Positions 1-13,355 of a stretch of 64,000 bases of DNA are shown here, piece by piece. Origin of the DNA: Neodothiora populina (lineage: Eukaryota); contig NW_027191417.1 in NCBI RefSeq assembly GCF_041146345.1, forward strand, positions 1,488,001-1,552,000, written 5' to 3'. The position numbers and the translations under genes were made by a program. Each line of letters starts with the position of its first letter. Positions within the stretch are counted from its first letter, which is position 1. The notes below the pieces were generated by a model. The model ran no database searches. It was not told where the DNA came from and worked only from the letters and a program-made list of their open reading frames with translations.

Positions 1-309
1 CTATCTGACGTCAATCCTACCCAGTTATATAAAGTAAATACCATACCTACTATGCTCGAGCATATTTACCTGCCTTTCGCACTAGACTACTTCAATTCGA
101 TCATCTCGACGCTACCGACGACGTGAACGTGTTTCATTGATATCCAGAGAGCATTTGTCCTCGGACCCATACACCAAGCGCTGGAATTGGCAAGGCCACA
201 GATTCGCCTGCTTATTCCCGGTCCATGCACTCATGATTTAAGCATTTGGATTATTTCTATAATCAAAAGATCAAACCAACGAACGCAGACAAAATCAGAA
301 CAGATCATC

Positions 310-991
310 ATGGCAGCCGCGTACCTCCAATCATGGGTGCCAGTTCTCCAATCAATCCTGCCGCGTTCAGGTCCTTCGGCAGCACCACTTCCAGAGATTG
401 GCGCACAAGCGCCAGCCCTTCCAGGCACAGATGGCGGTGATCTGATCACCAGAGGAAAGTCCCAGGGTACACCCACACTTGTTGCCTTTGTGAGACACTG
501 CGGATGTCCATTTGCAGAGAAAGAGGCAAAATTACTGGCGGAAGAAACCAAGAAACATAAGAACCTGCACGTCATTATCGTGCAGCACAGTGAGGAGAAA
601 GAGACCGAGGAATGGTTCGAGAGAATTGGGTAAGTGTCTACTCTGTTCAAGCTACACGATCTCTACTAAAACTGTTTGCAGAGCGAAAGCAGCTTTCACA
701 GACAGCTCAAGATACACTCTGATCGCCGACCCATCGCGTGAGCTTTACGCAGCATGGGGCATTGGTGTCCTACCATGGACTGGCATGGTGAATGGTAACG
801 TCATGGGGGCGCTCAAGTCACTAAAGGAATCGGATGGCATCGACCTAACGCCTACGGGCAAGGGATCGTGGAGATGGCAGAATTCGGGTGGGTTCGCAGT
901 TGACTCGCAGGGTGTGGTCAAGTGGAGGAAGGTCGCTGTTGACTCGAGCGATATGTGCGATTACTCCGAGGCTGCAGGGACAGTGGTTTGA
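310..991 (+). CDS. AhpC/TSA-like (peroxiredoxin-like 2 / thioredoxin-fold) protein; exons 310-629, 682-991
   Basis: Motifs VAFVRHCGCPFAE, LIADPSRELYAAWG and WQNSGGFAVD. Intron 630-681 (GTAAGT...CTAAA...GCAG) joins the two ORFs in frame. Confidence 0.85.
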
Positions 992-1990
992 ATCTCTGTG
1001 TCCTTTCTGAAAGGTGGAGCTATCCAGTAACATACTGATCACGTTCATGACGACACGGACTTTTGCCCGGCTCTATGTAATTTTATTATACGATCACATC
1101 CGAATATCTGAATACTATATTCGCTATCAAATGTTCTGAAGACGTCCGATTGTTATTAAGTGATGAAAGCGGGCTCAAACTCAGTCAAAAAGAGTGGGCT
1201 GTTGCCTTTCGATCTGGGGAGACCCTGGCCTTGTCTTATGGGACCTACTACCTCGTGAGGGTCGCACATTATCTCTCACTTCTTTGTCGACAACATATTG
1301 AAACAAAAGCAGTGCACAGGGCGACATATAATAGACTTCATACAGCACCCTTCTATGTTTCCGGTGACTCACTTTGCACATAATGAGTATAGGGGTCAGG
1401 GGCTACAATCTTTCTACCCGCCAGGTGCATGACCAGTGTAGGATCGGGAAAGCATACTCTGCTCCACCGAGCAATCACAAAAGCCGATCAAATTGACAAA
1501 GAGACAATATTTCTGTAAAGCTATACTGATAGAAAGATGCAATGCTATTCTTGCGTGTCCAGATAAGAATAGTAACCATAAAAATATCTCAAAGGACAAA
1601 ATACGAGGTACTAGCACGGCGTACCGCAGGTCAAACAGCGGGGCGGAGGAGAGAGGATCTGGAGCAGTTTCCTAACAAAGCGTGAGCAATAATACGGGGT
1701 TCGGGTCCATGTCAGGTCACGCTGCGGTCATGCAATGTTGTCGATTTCCATTGGTGACGTGTGTAGGAGGGGCAGGCGCAGGCAGCTTTTTGAACGCCAA
1801 CAATGGAAGGAACGTTTGTGGATTCCTAAATCGTAACGTCAACCCAAACTTTTCTTAGGAAACACCTTTTAAGGAGAGAAGACTTACTCCTGAATAACAT
1901 AGAAGTCTGCTTTTCTCTACATTCAGATCTATAGACAAATTTCACATTCCACGGCTGTGACTTCATCTCTAATCATCTCACAAAAGCAGA

Positions 1991-3586
1991 ATGCAGGTTC
2001 CGTTGATTCGTCTGCAGTGTGGTATGTGTGTCCTCATGTTGTGCGAGCAGAGAGCAGCAGTACTAATAAATACATAGGCTGCAATAGTTATGAATGGGGT
2101 AGGTCACGAACACAAAGACTCGAAAACACCCTCGGGACTGATAGCATGCGACAGGTAAGGTTGGCAAGGACTCAGCAGCAGCGCGCTTCGCCGCAGCAAC
2201 GCCCTCTGACTTTAGCATCCAAGAAGACAAGCCATACGCAGAGGTTCGTGAGCTTGCAAAAGAGAGAAGATTCCTGGATCGTGATACTTACAAGAAGCGC
2301 ATACAGCTATGGATGGGCACACACCCAAGCAACCCTTCCAAGGATCTTCAGACACAACGAACACTTCTCGACCTCGTACAAGACAATGCCCAATTGATGG
2401 GCCACGACATCACCGACAAATACGAGAAGAAGCTCCCTTTCCTCTTCAAGATCCTCTCGATCAACAAAGCCCTCTCCATACAAGCGCACCCGAACAAAAA
2501 GCTGGCCGAGCAGCTCCACTCAAAAGACCCCAGAAATTATCCCGACGATAATCACAAGCCCGAGATGACCATCGCCGTCACTCCCTTCGACGGCCTCTGC
2601 GGATTTAGACCTCTGGCAGAAATCAGCCACTTCCTTGATGGTATCCCCAGCTTGAGAGAACTCGTCGGCGAAGAGGAGGCAAAGAAGTTCCAGTCCACGA
2701 TCAAGGGCCAAGAGAGCGACGACAGCAAGACAGATGAAAACAAGAAGGCTCTCGCGGACGCCTTTACTGCCCTTATGAACGCAAAGCCAGAAGAGGTGGA
2801 GAGATTGGCAAGGGACTTGATCCAGCAAGCCAAGAGCGAAGGTGACAAGTTCGCCAACGGTGGCACAGAGAGCAGTAGCGGCAAGGAGCTTGCGGATCTG
2901 ATGGTCAGACTCGATGGCCAATTTCCCGGCGATATTGGTCTATTTGTCTCATTCTTCCTCAATTACGTGAAGCTCGAGGTTGGCGAGGCCATGTTTCTAA
3001 AGGCTGACGATATCCACGCATATCTGTCTGGGGGTATGTTGACAAGCGATGATATTAACACAGTTGCCGAGACTCTTATTGCTGACACTTTTGGAAAACA
3101 GACATCATCGAATGCATGGCCTCAAGCGACAATGTTGTTCGCGCAGGCTTCACTCCCAAATACAAGGACGTGCCCACATTGACGTCGATGCTGACGTATT
3201 CGTACGCGCCCATCAGCGAACAGAAAATGGCTCCGACAGACTATCCTTACTGCACGCTCAATACCACCGCATACACCTCACAGTCCACGACAACGCTCTA
3301 CGACCCGCCTATCGAAGAATTCAGCGTTGTCAAGACTGATCTCAACAAGGCCGGAGCAAAGGCAAGCTTTGAGTCCATTGATGGTCCGTCAATTGTCATC
3401 TGCACACAGGGCAAGGGCAAGATCAGTGTGGGACCCAAGGTGGAAGAGATTCAGGAAGGATGGGTTTACTTCGTGGGCGCGACGGCCAAGCTCGTCATCG
3501 AGTCCGAAGGTGACGAGCCGCTGGTCACGTTCAAAGCCTTCTGTGAGCTCGGAGGCGAGAGCAGTAAGGAGAGTGCTAAGATCTAA
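1991..3586 (+). CDS. PMI40: Mannose-6-phosphate isomerase (type I PMI); introns 2022-2077, 2099-2154, 2244-2306, 3034-3101
   Basis: Spliced translation [21 protein letters not shown]...[12 protein letters not shown]...[20 protein letters not shown]...DDNHKPEM...[26 protein letters not shown] carries the PMI type I signatures. Confidence 0.96.
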
Positions 3587-4561
3587 ATGTGGACATGCAC
3601 TACTTATTTTCCCTTCTATCACGAACTTACTTGAAATTTCTTTATCTAATTAGCATGAGCTATGAATTGCAGGAACCGTAGCCAATCTAATGACCAAGTA
3701 ATCGAAAACCAATGCTTTGGCTTGTATGTCACTTCGGGCCTCTGTTAAGTCTAGTATTCGTGATGGTGTACGACCCGAGAGGCTTCAAGATGAATGACGC
3801 GTCGTGGGGGCCGTCCATATGCATTACCTCGTCGACCGGGGTTTTAGGGGACGATGCGCCGACATTCCTCGATAGACTGCAGAATTGTTGTGCAACGTAA
3901 CATATGGACTCGCAAGCACTCAGATGGACGAGATGGACGCGACAGCAAGTCTTGTATGGTGAGCATCCTCGTGTGAAGCTGTAAGCGTGAGCTCTGGGAC
4001 CGTGCCATTCGATGCGAATGATATTATGCACGGGGCAGGCCTCTATACAGTGGTGCGGCACAGGCTTGACAGAAGATTAGACAGCGAGTCAGCCTTACCA
4101 CATTCTCTTGGAGGATCAGGGCTGCCATGTTCATGAGCAAGGTTCTTTGACAACTTTGTGCGCAAAGCGAGACTTGTCAACAAAGTGCTAATAACAATAC
4201 CTTATACTGTTGTATACCATTGCATGAAGAAAAATTGATAGTAGGTACAAGTACAGTAGATCAACGACGTTGCCAAGTTCAAGGAACGCCCATCGAGGCT
4301 TGCATTGGCGGCGGGTGGACAAGCAGAGAACAGGTGGATCCCGTCTGTTGTGGAGGAGGAGGAGGATGAAGAGCCGCCGAGTCTCCGCATCAACGCGCAA
4401 GCAGCGCTGAGCCCTCCCGAGCATCCTAGTTCCACTGTTCTCGGCAAGGTAGTCTTGGTGATAGGTAGTCATCCTCGACGAAAAGGACGGAAATGTAGTC
4501 GTCCGCAGAGTCGATTTAACGACGTCGACTGATTTTCATCTATCTACATTCCTTTGCCAGT

Positions 4562-4585
4562 CGTCGTAGTCGTAGTCGTAGTCGT
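4562..4585. repeat. (GTCGTA)n short tandem repeat upstream of the carboxypeptidase
   Basis: Sequence reads cgtcgtagtcgtagtcgtagtcgt. Confidence 0.7.
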
Positions 4586-4804
4586 TTGACATCTCGACAG
4601 TCACTCTCTTGTCACGTTGTTGTATGTTGCAGGACAGATCCACGGCCGCACTTTCCTCGTCTGAGCGAACCACACATGCGCGCTTTTTTTTCTTCGTCTC
4701 TGCTTCTCTAAGAGATGGTGCGTATCATATTAATCTAATCCAAAGACTGGCGACTGTGTCGCTGTTGTCAAAAGTCATCGCATTACCGGCCAGATACTCA
4801 TGTC

Positions 4805-7132
4805 ATGTCGCAGTATTTCACAATTCCGCGCATCCTCGCGTTGAGCGCAGCATCAGCAGCAGCGGTCCTGCCGACTTTTGTATCTGCTCAATATCCCCCG
4901 GCCGCGGACTATTCTCATATTCTCACCTCGCCTATTGATCCCAATATTACCATTGCATACAAGCAGCCAGAAGCGGGGACATGTAATACTGTATTCAATA
5001 CACAAAAGCAATATTCAGGATACATCGGCATTCCACCCTACACACTTGCTCCGATACAACAAAATTATAGCATCAACACATTCTTCTGGTTCTTCGAGGC
5101 TCGTCAGAATCCGGAAACGGCTCCTCTGACGATATGGCTCAATGGTGGACCTGGAAGCAGCAGCATGATTGGATTGTTCCAGGAACTGGGTCCTTGTGAA
5201 GTCGTGCAGCTTGCCGATGGCTCCTATGGCACTCAACCTCGCATGTGGGGATGGGACAGAAGCTCCAATGTCCTCTTTATTGACCAACCTGCCCAAGTCG
5301 GCTTTTCTTATGATTCACTTACTAATAAGTCTTACAATCTTCTTACTCAAGAGTATGCGAGCCCGGGGCCAGTACCGGCGGGCCAGCCTGCGTACACTTT
5401 CCTGAACGGCACCTTTGGCTCACAAGCCGCATGGGGTACATCTAATACCACCGAGACTGCGGCCCATGCAACCTGGCATTTCCTCCAGAGTTTTCTGGCA
5501 GCATTCCCTCAGTATAACCCTGGAACGCGGCCCAATAGCTCAAACATCTCTACCACTGGAGTCAATCTTTTCGCTGAAAGCTATGGCGGCAAGTACGGTC
5601 CAGTGTTCGCCAATCTGTTTGAAGAACAAAATGCAAAGCGCCGAAATGGAACCCTAGCGCCAAACAGCACGCTCGAGATATCGCTGTCGTCTGTGGGTAT
5701 CGTCAATGGCATGGTCGACCAGCTGATCCAGAGCTACTGGAATTCAATATACGCGTACAACAACACGTACGAGATACAGGCGTTTGACCAAACGGACGAA
5801 CTGAACGGATTGGGGTTGTATTCAGGGCTTAACGGTTGTCATGACTCGGTCATGGCATGTCGCTCTGCAGTCAACAGTACAGATCCGGATAATGAGGGGG
5901 ACGTCGATGCGACGAATCAGCTCTGCAAAATTGCCGCCAGCGCCTGTAACATGATTGACGCACTCTATGTTGAGAGTGGACGTGACGTGTACGATGTTCG
6001 CGTCAAGGACCCGACGCCTTATCCTCCTTTGGCGTACCAGGAATACCTCAATTCTGCACCGGTGCAGGCTGCTGTTGGGGCGCGGGTGAACTACACGGAG
6101 TCGAATAGCTTTGTACAGCGCGCTTTTCTTTCCAGTGAGAAGTATCGCCATTGCTGATCCAGGCGTCCAATGCTGACTCGCTCGACAGCCGGTGACTCCG
6201 TCCGAGGCGGGCAACTAGAAGATATCGCCAATCTCCTCCGCATGGGTGTTCGGGTTGCGCTCATCTATGGTGATGCGGACTACATCTGTGAGCAAAGACG
6301 GCGTTCCTTGGCGACCAAGTATCATTACTGACATTCTCTCGTAGGCAATTGGCTTGGTGGACAGGCAGTAGCATTCGCAGTAGCCGCGCAACTACCCGAC
6401 TACCCCTCAGTGAATGCGACGTCAATATCGACGAGCTCAGACACCTCTGCTGTGTCATCAGCTACGTCTTCCCCAGTCACGTATCTCTCTGGATTCAACT
6501 CGGCGGGATGGGCGGATATCGTGGTGAACAGCAGCTACGTGGGCGGCGCAGTCCGTCAATGGGGCAATCTTTCCTTCAGTAGGATTTACGACGCTGGACA
6601 CACAGTGCCATATTATCAGCCGGAAACAGCATTCACAGTGTTTGCGCGTATCATCGATGGCACCGACATTAGCACAGGCGAACCCATCAATGCGCTCAAC
6701 TTCACTTCGACGGGACCACAAAACGCAACACACACGAATTCGGCGCCATCGCAGCCGTCGCCAACCTGCTGGCTCAGGGGCATCAATGATACGTGTACGG
6801 AGGACAACGTGGCCGACATGATTGCTGGCAAGGGTGTGGTCAAAGCCGGCGTGTGGTACAAGGACGAAGATGACTATGTGGCTCCCAAGAGCTCAATCAC
6901 GGGTGGAAGACCAGGGACACCCATCACCAGTGCGACGTCTACTTCGAGTTCTGCGAGTTCTGGAAGCAAGTCTTCATCAGCGACGACGACGACCGTGGCT
7001 CCGGTGGGTGTGTACACGGCGACTGCGACTCCAAGCTCGTCATCGGGCATGGCGGGCATGAGAGAGCTCGATCAGTCTTCTCTGTTCGGGTGGGTCGCGG
7101 TGACGCTCGGTGGAATAGCCATGTGGCTATGA
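4805..7132 (+). CDS. Secreted serine carboxypeptidase (S10), probably GPI-anchored; introns 6135-6189 and ~6288-6344
   Basis: Signal peptide, FFWFFEAR, WLNGGPGSSS, IDQPAQVGFSY, AESYGG (catalytic Ser), YGDADYICNWLGG and DAGHTVP (His). Ser/Thr-rich stalk and hydrophobic C-terminus. Confidence 0.93.
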
Positions 7133-7667
7133 TGAAGATGAAGATGCGCAGGATGCAGGGCATGGAGCATCGCTTTACTTCCACGACCGAATGGCCAGGA
7201 TTGGCATACGAAAAGCTTTTGATATGGATACGGTTTTTTAATACAGGCAGCCGCTAGTGGACATGCCCTGAAGTATGATGGACAAGCATGAGTCACGGCA
7301 CTGTCGACTCGACATTGCTAGAAGTAGAATCAAGATACCCTCTTCTGCTTTATCTCTATTGTCTGACCAGTGAGATCGTCAGACAGTCATGTATATGCTC
7401 AAGTGTTGCAATGATAGAGTGGTGAAGCTGCGGAAATGCATTCTCTCTCCTCCGCAAACGCCAAGAAGATGGGGTTTAAAGGGAAGGAAGGGACGAAATG
7501 ACTTCACCTCTTGCCCCCAAAAGTTGGAGTAAAGAGCAGGAGCGACAAAGCTTTACCATTCATTTAATCATCAACGCGCGCATCACATCTCGCCCTCCCT
7601 GTTCCAGAGGGCAAGAGACCAAGTTTCGCCTCTTGTCACATATCTGATGAACAGAAGATAAGACAAG

Positions 7668-10013
7668 ATGGACTCTGAAGACGACGAGCTCCCTCGCGCC
7701 TCGTTCGGCGGGTTCAAGCGCAAAGCCGACGACGTGACATCCTCGACGACAACAGGCGACATGAACAACTACAGTCGCAAAAGCGCCAAAACAGACTCGC
7801 GCACCACACCCGGACCCAGTGGTGGCAGGAGCAACAGCGGCGGCGGCGGCGGCGGCGGCGGCAAAATGACGTTCGCGCAGCGTATGATGGCCAAAATGGG
7901 CTACAGGCAAGGCCAGGGACTGGGCAAAGAAGGCGAGGGAATCATTAATCCGATAGAAGTCAAACTACGGCCACAGGGCGCGGGAGTCGGCGCTGTCAAG
8001 GAGCGCACGGAGCAGTATAAGCAAGAGGAGCGGCGGCGGAAGGAGGCCAAGGGTGAGGTTTATGAGGACAGTAGTGATGAGGAGAGGACGGCGAGACGGA
8101 AGAGGAAGGAGGCTGCTAGGGAGAGGAAGATGGGTGCTTCTGGTGGTGCTGGTGCTGGAGGCAGGAGAAAGACCAAGTTCAAGACGGTCGAGGACGTCAG
8201 GGCTGCGGCGCCGGGACTCGAAGTGCCAAAGGCTATGTTGAGCGCCATCGTGGATGCGACGGGCGCTGAAAACAAGTTGTTGACTAGCGCTGCGGGCTTG
8301 ATGAGCGCGGGCGCTCTTGTTCCTAGCCAGACTGAAGAAGAGAAAATCAAGAAGAGGGAGGCGCTCGAGCTGAACGCTTTCATTGACGCTTGGCACGGTC
8401 TGCAGGAGAGAAAAATCGTCGTCGAGGAACACGAGGGTCAGTTGGCCATGGAGATGCAGAATATGCTTGATGAGATTGAGAGGATGCGCGCCTTGGTTCA
8501 GCAAGTGGAAAGGCTTGCGCTCAAGGGCTTGGTCAATCTGGGCGACGACGAGGTCAGGAAGGGACTTTGGACCACGAAAATCGAGGAGCTGGAGAAAGTG
8601 CAAGAGGATTGCAAGCATGAGATTGAGAGTCAGAATCTGGGCGAGGCGGCCGTCGCTGCTCTGAATCCGATTTTCAGTATGGAGATGGAGGATTGGGAGC
8701 CGCTGCTGGATCCTGCAGTACATCTAGTCGCGGGACTCACGAGGTTACGCCCAATCCTGGGCTTGGACAGCACAACCGATCTTACGACTAACAATGGCAA
8801 CATCGATGCTGGACTTCGCAAATATCGTCGGCAAAAGACGACTACACCATACGAGACACTCATCTACACCGTGTGGTTACCGAAGATGAGATCGACCGTC
8901 ACCAAATGGGACGTCTACGACCCGCAATCACTGATTACTCTTGTACAAGCATGGCGACCCCTCCTGCCCGCCTTTGTGTACAGTAACCTCACAGACCAGT
9001 TGGTCATGCCGAGACTGACGTCCGCTCTTTCGGCTTGGAGTCCGAAGCTATCAAGCAAGTCGAAGAGCAAGAGTGGCAGAAACACGCCTCCGCATCTGTG
9101 GCTGTTCCCCTGGCTACCATACCTCGCTCCTTACCATCTCGACCCCAAAGCACCAACCGGTCTGCTCAGCGACGTCAAGCGCAAATTCCGCGCCGTCCTC
9201 GACACCTGCGATCTATCCCGTGGCGTCGTGCCCGCTCTGTCCGAATGGCGCGTCCTGCTCAAATCCGACCTCGAAAACTCACTAACCCGACATCTCCTGC
9301 CCCGTCTCGCATCTCACCTATCCGCCAACTTCGAGATCGAGCCCTCAGACCAGGATCTCTCTCCTCTCGAAAACGTCCTCGCATGGCAAGACTTCTTCAC
9401 TCCCGCCGTAATGGCGCGCCTCATGGTCGCCGAGTTCTTCCCCAAGCTTCTGCACGCCCTGCACCGCTGGCTTCGCCTTGAAGGCGCCGACTTCGACGAG
9501 ATCGACCAGTGGTTCGCATGGTGGAAGGCGCAACTCCCGCCGCCCGTCAACGCCATGCCCGACGTGCAGACGCAATGGGCCAGAGGCGCAGAAATGATCG
9601 GCTCTGCGGTCAAACTCCAAGGACAAGGCCGCAGCATGTCCGAGCTCCCGCCGCCCGCCGCGGGGCCCTCTCGCCCCATCGCCACAGACCCAAGCGTGCA
9701 GCGCCGTCTCCGCGAAGAAGAAGACTCCGCCGCCCGCAAGAAAGAACTGCTCAGAAATCAAGAAGAGCCCACGTTCAAGGACTCTGTCGAGACGTGGTGC
9801 GCGGAGGAAGATCTCACGCTTGTGCCGCTGCGCGAGGCCCACACGGGCACGGGATTGCCGCTCTTTAGAATGACCGCTAGCGCGACGGGCAAAGGTGGCG
9901 TTGTTGTGTATCTCAAGGGAGACGTCATATGGGCTCAGAAGAAGGGCGAAAAGGGGAAGTTTGAACCTGTCCACTTGGGCGAGGAGTTGCTTGCTCGCGC
10001 GGAGGGACGATGA
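7668..10013 (+). CDS. TFIP11: G-patch spliceosome disassembly factor (TFIP11/Spp382/Ntr1 family), intronless
   Basis: G-patch AQRMMAKMGYRQGQGLGKEGEGIINPI, followed by a GCFC-like region (WLPKMRS, WDVYDP, HLWLFPWLPYL, WFAWWK). Confidence 0.9.
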   Translation: MDSEDDELPRASFGGFKRKADDVTSSTTTGDMNNYSRKSAKTDSRTTPGPSGGRSNSGGGGGGGGKMTFAQRMMAKMGYRQGQGLGKEGEGIINPIEVKLRPQGAGVGAVKERTEQYKQEERRRKEAKGEVYEDSSDEERTARRKRKEAARERKMGASGGAGAGGRRKTKFKTVEDVRAAAPGLEVPKAMLSAIVDATGAENKLLTSAAGLMSAGALVPSQTEEEKIKKREALELNAFIDAWHGLQERKIVVEEHEGQLAMEMQNMLDEIERMRALVQQVERLALKGLVNLGDDEVRKGLWTTKIEELEKVQEDCKHEIESQNLGEAAVAALNPIFSMEMEDWEPLLDPAVHLVAGLTRLRPILGLDSTTDLTTNNGNIDAGLRKYRRQKTTTPYETLIYTVWLPKMRSTVTKWDVYDPQSLITLVQAWRPLLPAFVYSNLTDQLVMPRLTSALSAWSPKLSSKSKSKSGRNTPPHLWLFPWLPYLAPYHLDPKAPTGLLSDVKRKFRAVLDTCDLSRGVVPALSEWRVLLKSDLENSLTRHLLPRLASHLSANFEIEPSDQDLSPLENVLAWQDFFTPAVMARLMVAEFFPKLLHALHRWLRLEGADFDEIDQWFAWWKAQLPPPVNAMPDVQTQWARGAEMIGSAVKLQGQGRSMSELPPPAAGPSRPIATDPSVQRRLREEEDSAARKKELLRNQEEPTFKDSVETWCAEEDLTLVPLREAHTGTGLPLFRMTASATGKGGVVVYLKGDVIWAQKKGEKGKFEPVHLGEELLARAEGR

Positions 10014-10607
10014 AGATAGATTGGAGCCAGTATCCAGGTCAGATTGTCGTGCTACGTCTAAGCGTATGCGGAAGCTGCGCTGTGCTGTCCTGTGCATTTT
10101 CACTGCACTGTTTATCATCTGACCCCTCTGCTTATGGAGACGAAGAATTAAGATACCAATAAAGGACTCTGTCTCCGATCTCAATTTCCAATCGATATCT
10201 CATAGCCCATATATACCCGTTCATTAACACGTTGAATTCTTTCCTGGGTTACACTGCAGACAAAAGTCTTCCCGTCGCATTCGAAGAAAACGAGGATAAG
10301 TGAGAAGTGAGTTCTCACTCTGCTCACTGTGAAGGCGAGGGAAAGGCGCTGTACAGTTTCTTCTATAGATTTCGTGCTTGTATTTCTCTATTTACTGTAT
10401 AGCTAAGGTGATTACATGACTATATAAGAGGAGAGTGAATGTACATCTGAAATATATCTCGTGTCTTTGCATGATGCACCCATGAGACAGAGGGCCCTTG
10501 TCCTTCCACATCTGGTCATCCGTCTCTCCCGTCTAGGTCCAGGCATGTAGTTGAGGGAGCTCAGAGGGTGAGGGAGACGAGATTGGAATTGCAATGCATC
10601 TTCGGTC

Positions 10608-10683
10608 TGGTATCGATTTGGACTGAGATGGTCCGCTGTTTGGTATCGATTTGGACGGAGATGGTCCGCTGTTTGGTATCGAT
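10608..10683. repeat. 33-bp tandem repeat, about 2.3 copies
   Basis: TGGTATCGATTTGGAC(T/G)GAGATGGTCCGCTGTT at 10608-10640 and 10641-10673 (one mismatch), plus a partial TGGTATCGAT. Confidence 0.9.
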
Positions 10684-13355
10684 GGTTTCTTTGCTTGGCT
10701 GTACGAGGGAAGGGGGCTGGTTCTCGGCGAGTCTCGGCGAGAGAATGTCGGACATGTTGGTCAGGTATCTGTAATCGTTGGGTGGTACAGAGTTTGATAT
10801 CCGACGGACAGGCCGTGTTAAGGTCAGTGGAAGGCTCTGTCGCATTTTCGTGCTGGCTCCGTGGTTATGCACTTGTGGTATTCATATGAACGTATAGGAG
10901 TGTCTCTGACATATCCGCAATGATGAGTGATCCGTGTTCCGCGAGCCATGACGCCGGCGTGGGAGCCATGATGTGAAAGAAAGGACTCTGGATACACGAT
11001 TCTGCAAAGAATCTTGCGGCGCTGGAATGTTGGTGGATTGTGAGCAGGTTGTATTGTCGTTCGATCCTCTGGAGGCAATGGGAGTTGACGTCCTGTAGTA
11101 TTAGCCTGACGATACATCGGTGCTACTTACTACCTAGGCTACAGGCCGGTCTCGATGATGCAGTGGTTCGCAACTGACGCAATTCAATATCTGTGACTGC
11201 TCTCTCGAGTATGCTATACGTTCATCTCGAAAAGTTGCGGTCGTCGTGGGACGGATCGCTCTTGCTATACCACGAAATCATCTCAACAAATTTTGGTTGT
11301 CAAGGGACGGGTTGCTGCTACGTCTTTGGCCTCCCAATGCATAGCCAGAGAGCCATCCATCATCATGATCACGATACTGTCAGTTCCTTCCATAGTTTAT
11401 TAGTGTTAGCGAAATCCAATGGTCTCTTCGCTTTGCATAAGTACCTGATGCCTGGCCACTCTTCTCTTCCTTTTCATCAACAACCTCGTCCATCATCTTT
11501 CATCTGTCTTCTGTGAGTTGATGTGTTCTTATTGTTACTCTTCCTCCATCACGGTAATTCTTGTCATCATCTTTGGACGTCCATCTCCTTCTTGTCGTCT
11601 CCCTATCAAAGTAACTCGAGTGCACTTGTCCATCATGCCATGCACAGCATTGGCTCATCACGACCATCGGCCCGAGTCCCCTTCACAAAACAACGACTTC
11701 GAAGATCCAATGCATAGCCGCCTCACAGACACACTCTGTCCTCAAGAGAATCGTCCTATGCTGCCTCCGATGTTCATCCTCAGCTTCCATACTCAGTCGA
11801 GGACCACCTACACTCGGCCGGAACCAAGTACAGTGCAGTCAATCACGACGAGCTATTAGGAGGAAATCATCATAGGTCATCAGCAAGCAGCCCGGACTTG
11901 TGTCAGAACAAGGTGTTTCCACACCAGTCTTTTGCTTCCTCCAATCTGATGCGCTTGTTCTTTGCAGGAAGATCAATGCCCATAACGACTCCTGTGACCT
12001 CAGGTCACTCTCCAAGGCAGGAATCTCGAGTGTTCCCCCGCGTCCGGTTGAGCCTGGGATATTACTTGGATGGAGTGAACTTGTCATCATAGGTCTCTAA
12101 CGCTTTCGTCCTGTGTTGCTCGAGCAGGGCTGTTTTCTGCTGATGATGTGCCGTGTTTCAGTCCTTGCCCGAACAACATCACAAGCCTTGACGTTGTCCT
12201 CCTGTGTTACTCAGGTGGGTGTGCTCTGCTGATGATGAACAAACGGGTACAAATCTGATCCCGCTTGCGGGAGTTGATGAGAACATTTTTTAATGTTATT
12301 ATGTCTGAATGGCACTGGGCAATCCACTGAGTCTTATGGCTGACTCCCTCCTTTTATACAGTTCGATGTCGCCACACCTGGTTTTTTCCGCTTAAAGGTC
12401 AATTTCCGCTGTGGGGTCATTGCTCGGGTGTCTTGATTCCACCACGGTTCTGGTTGGTTGGGAATGATAGTTGGCCTGGATGAATGACAGTCTTTCTGCC
12501 TGATGCGGAGAGAGTCTCCATTACACTTTTCTTGTCACAATCCAAATAGCTTGTTGCATGCCAATCATGTCGACGCATACAATGTGTCATATCTTTTACA
12601 GCTCCATTGTTGGTGCATTTGCATTATGTGACTTGAGCTTTTTGCCACCTCTCATCGAGAGCTGGACTTGAGCGATGTGTGACCAACCGAAGTTGTTGTA
12701 TTGTAGATCTCAACATGATCCTGACCATTTGCTGCGTGTCAGTAGAGTTGTAATACATTTTCAAGTACGGGAAATTGAGCAACAAGAGTACCTACGTGGG
12801 CATTTTCTTGCTTACCATGTGCATAATATTCTCTGTTCTGGACAGAAGACGAAAAGGCAACTGTGATTTGACAGATGAGAGCGACCGAAATCCAACTAAC
12901 TCCGAGATTCTCGGGTGTACCTAGAATGACAACTGGAAATGTGATTGCGGCGTCCATGGTTGCGACAAAGACATTGGGGGTCAGCGAGGAGGCAGGAGTT
13001 GAAGAAAGTGTAGTGGAAAGGACTGTATACAGTAGTGTGACAGACTGCGCACAGCTGTGTTGGGAAAAAGGAGTCTTCTGACTCCGTTCTATGAGTTGTT
13101 GAGGAGTCGTAGAACAGCTAGTGGTGATTTATCTAGCAAGTCTTCGTATTTTACTGTAGATTCATTACTTACTTTGATCCTGTTCGCCTCTAGAACAAGG
13201 GAGAGTGTAGGATAAGTATAGTGCGGGTCGTCGAAACCTCGTACAAATAATTTACCCATTCTCTGATGGACGTCGGAATCCCGATCGTCTGATTCGTCAT
13301 CACCGTGCTGTAGACCGTTCGCAATTCATCTCTCTAGTCACATATCGGCTCAGAT

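Noticed and set aside
2150..2160. ACAG|GTAAGG in PMI looks like a recursive splice site
   Set aside because: It is explained by the Gly-Lys codons of the YEWGK motif, and using it would frameshift the gene.
3729..4472. Short minus-strand ORFs between PMI and the carboxypeptidase
   Set aside because: No motifs and no convincing splice model.
7838..7862. (GGC)8 repeat
   Set aside because: It is an ordinary poly-Gly tract inside the TFIP11 coding sequence.
10608..10683. Repeat considered as a CRISPR-like array
   Set aside because: The copies are head-to-tail with no spacers, and the context is eukaryotic.
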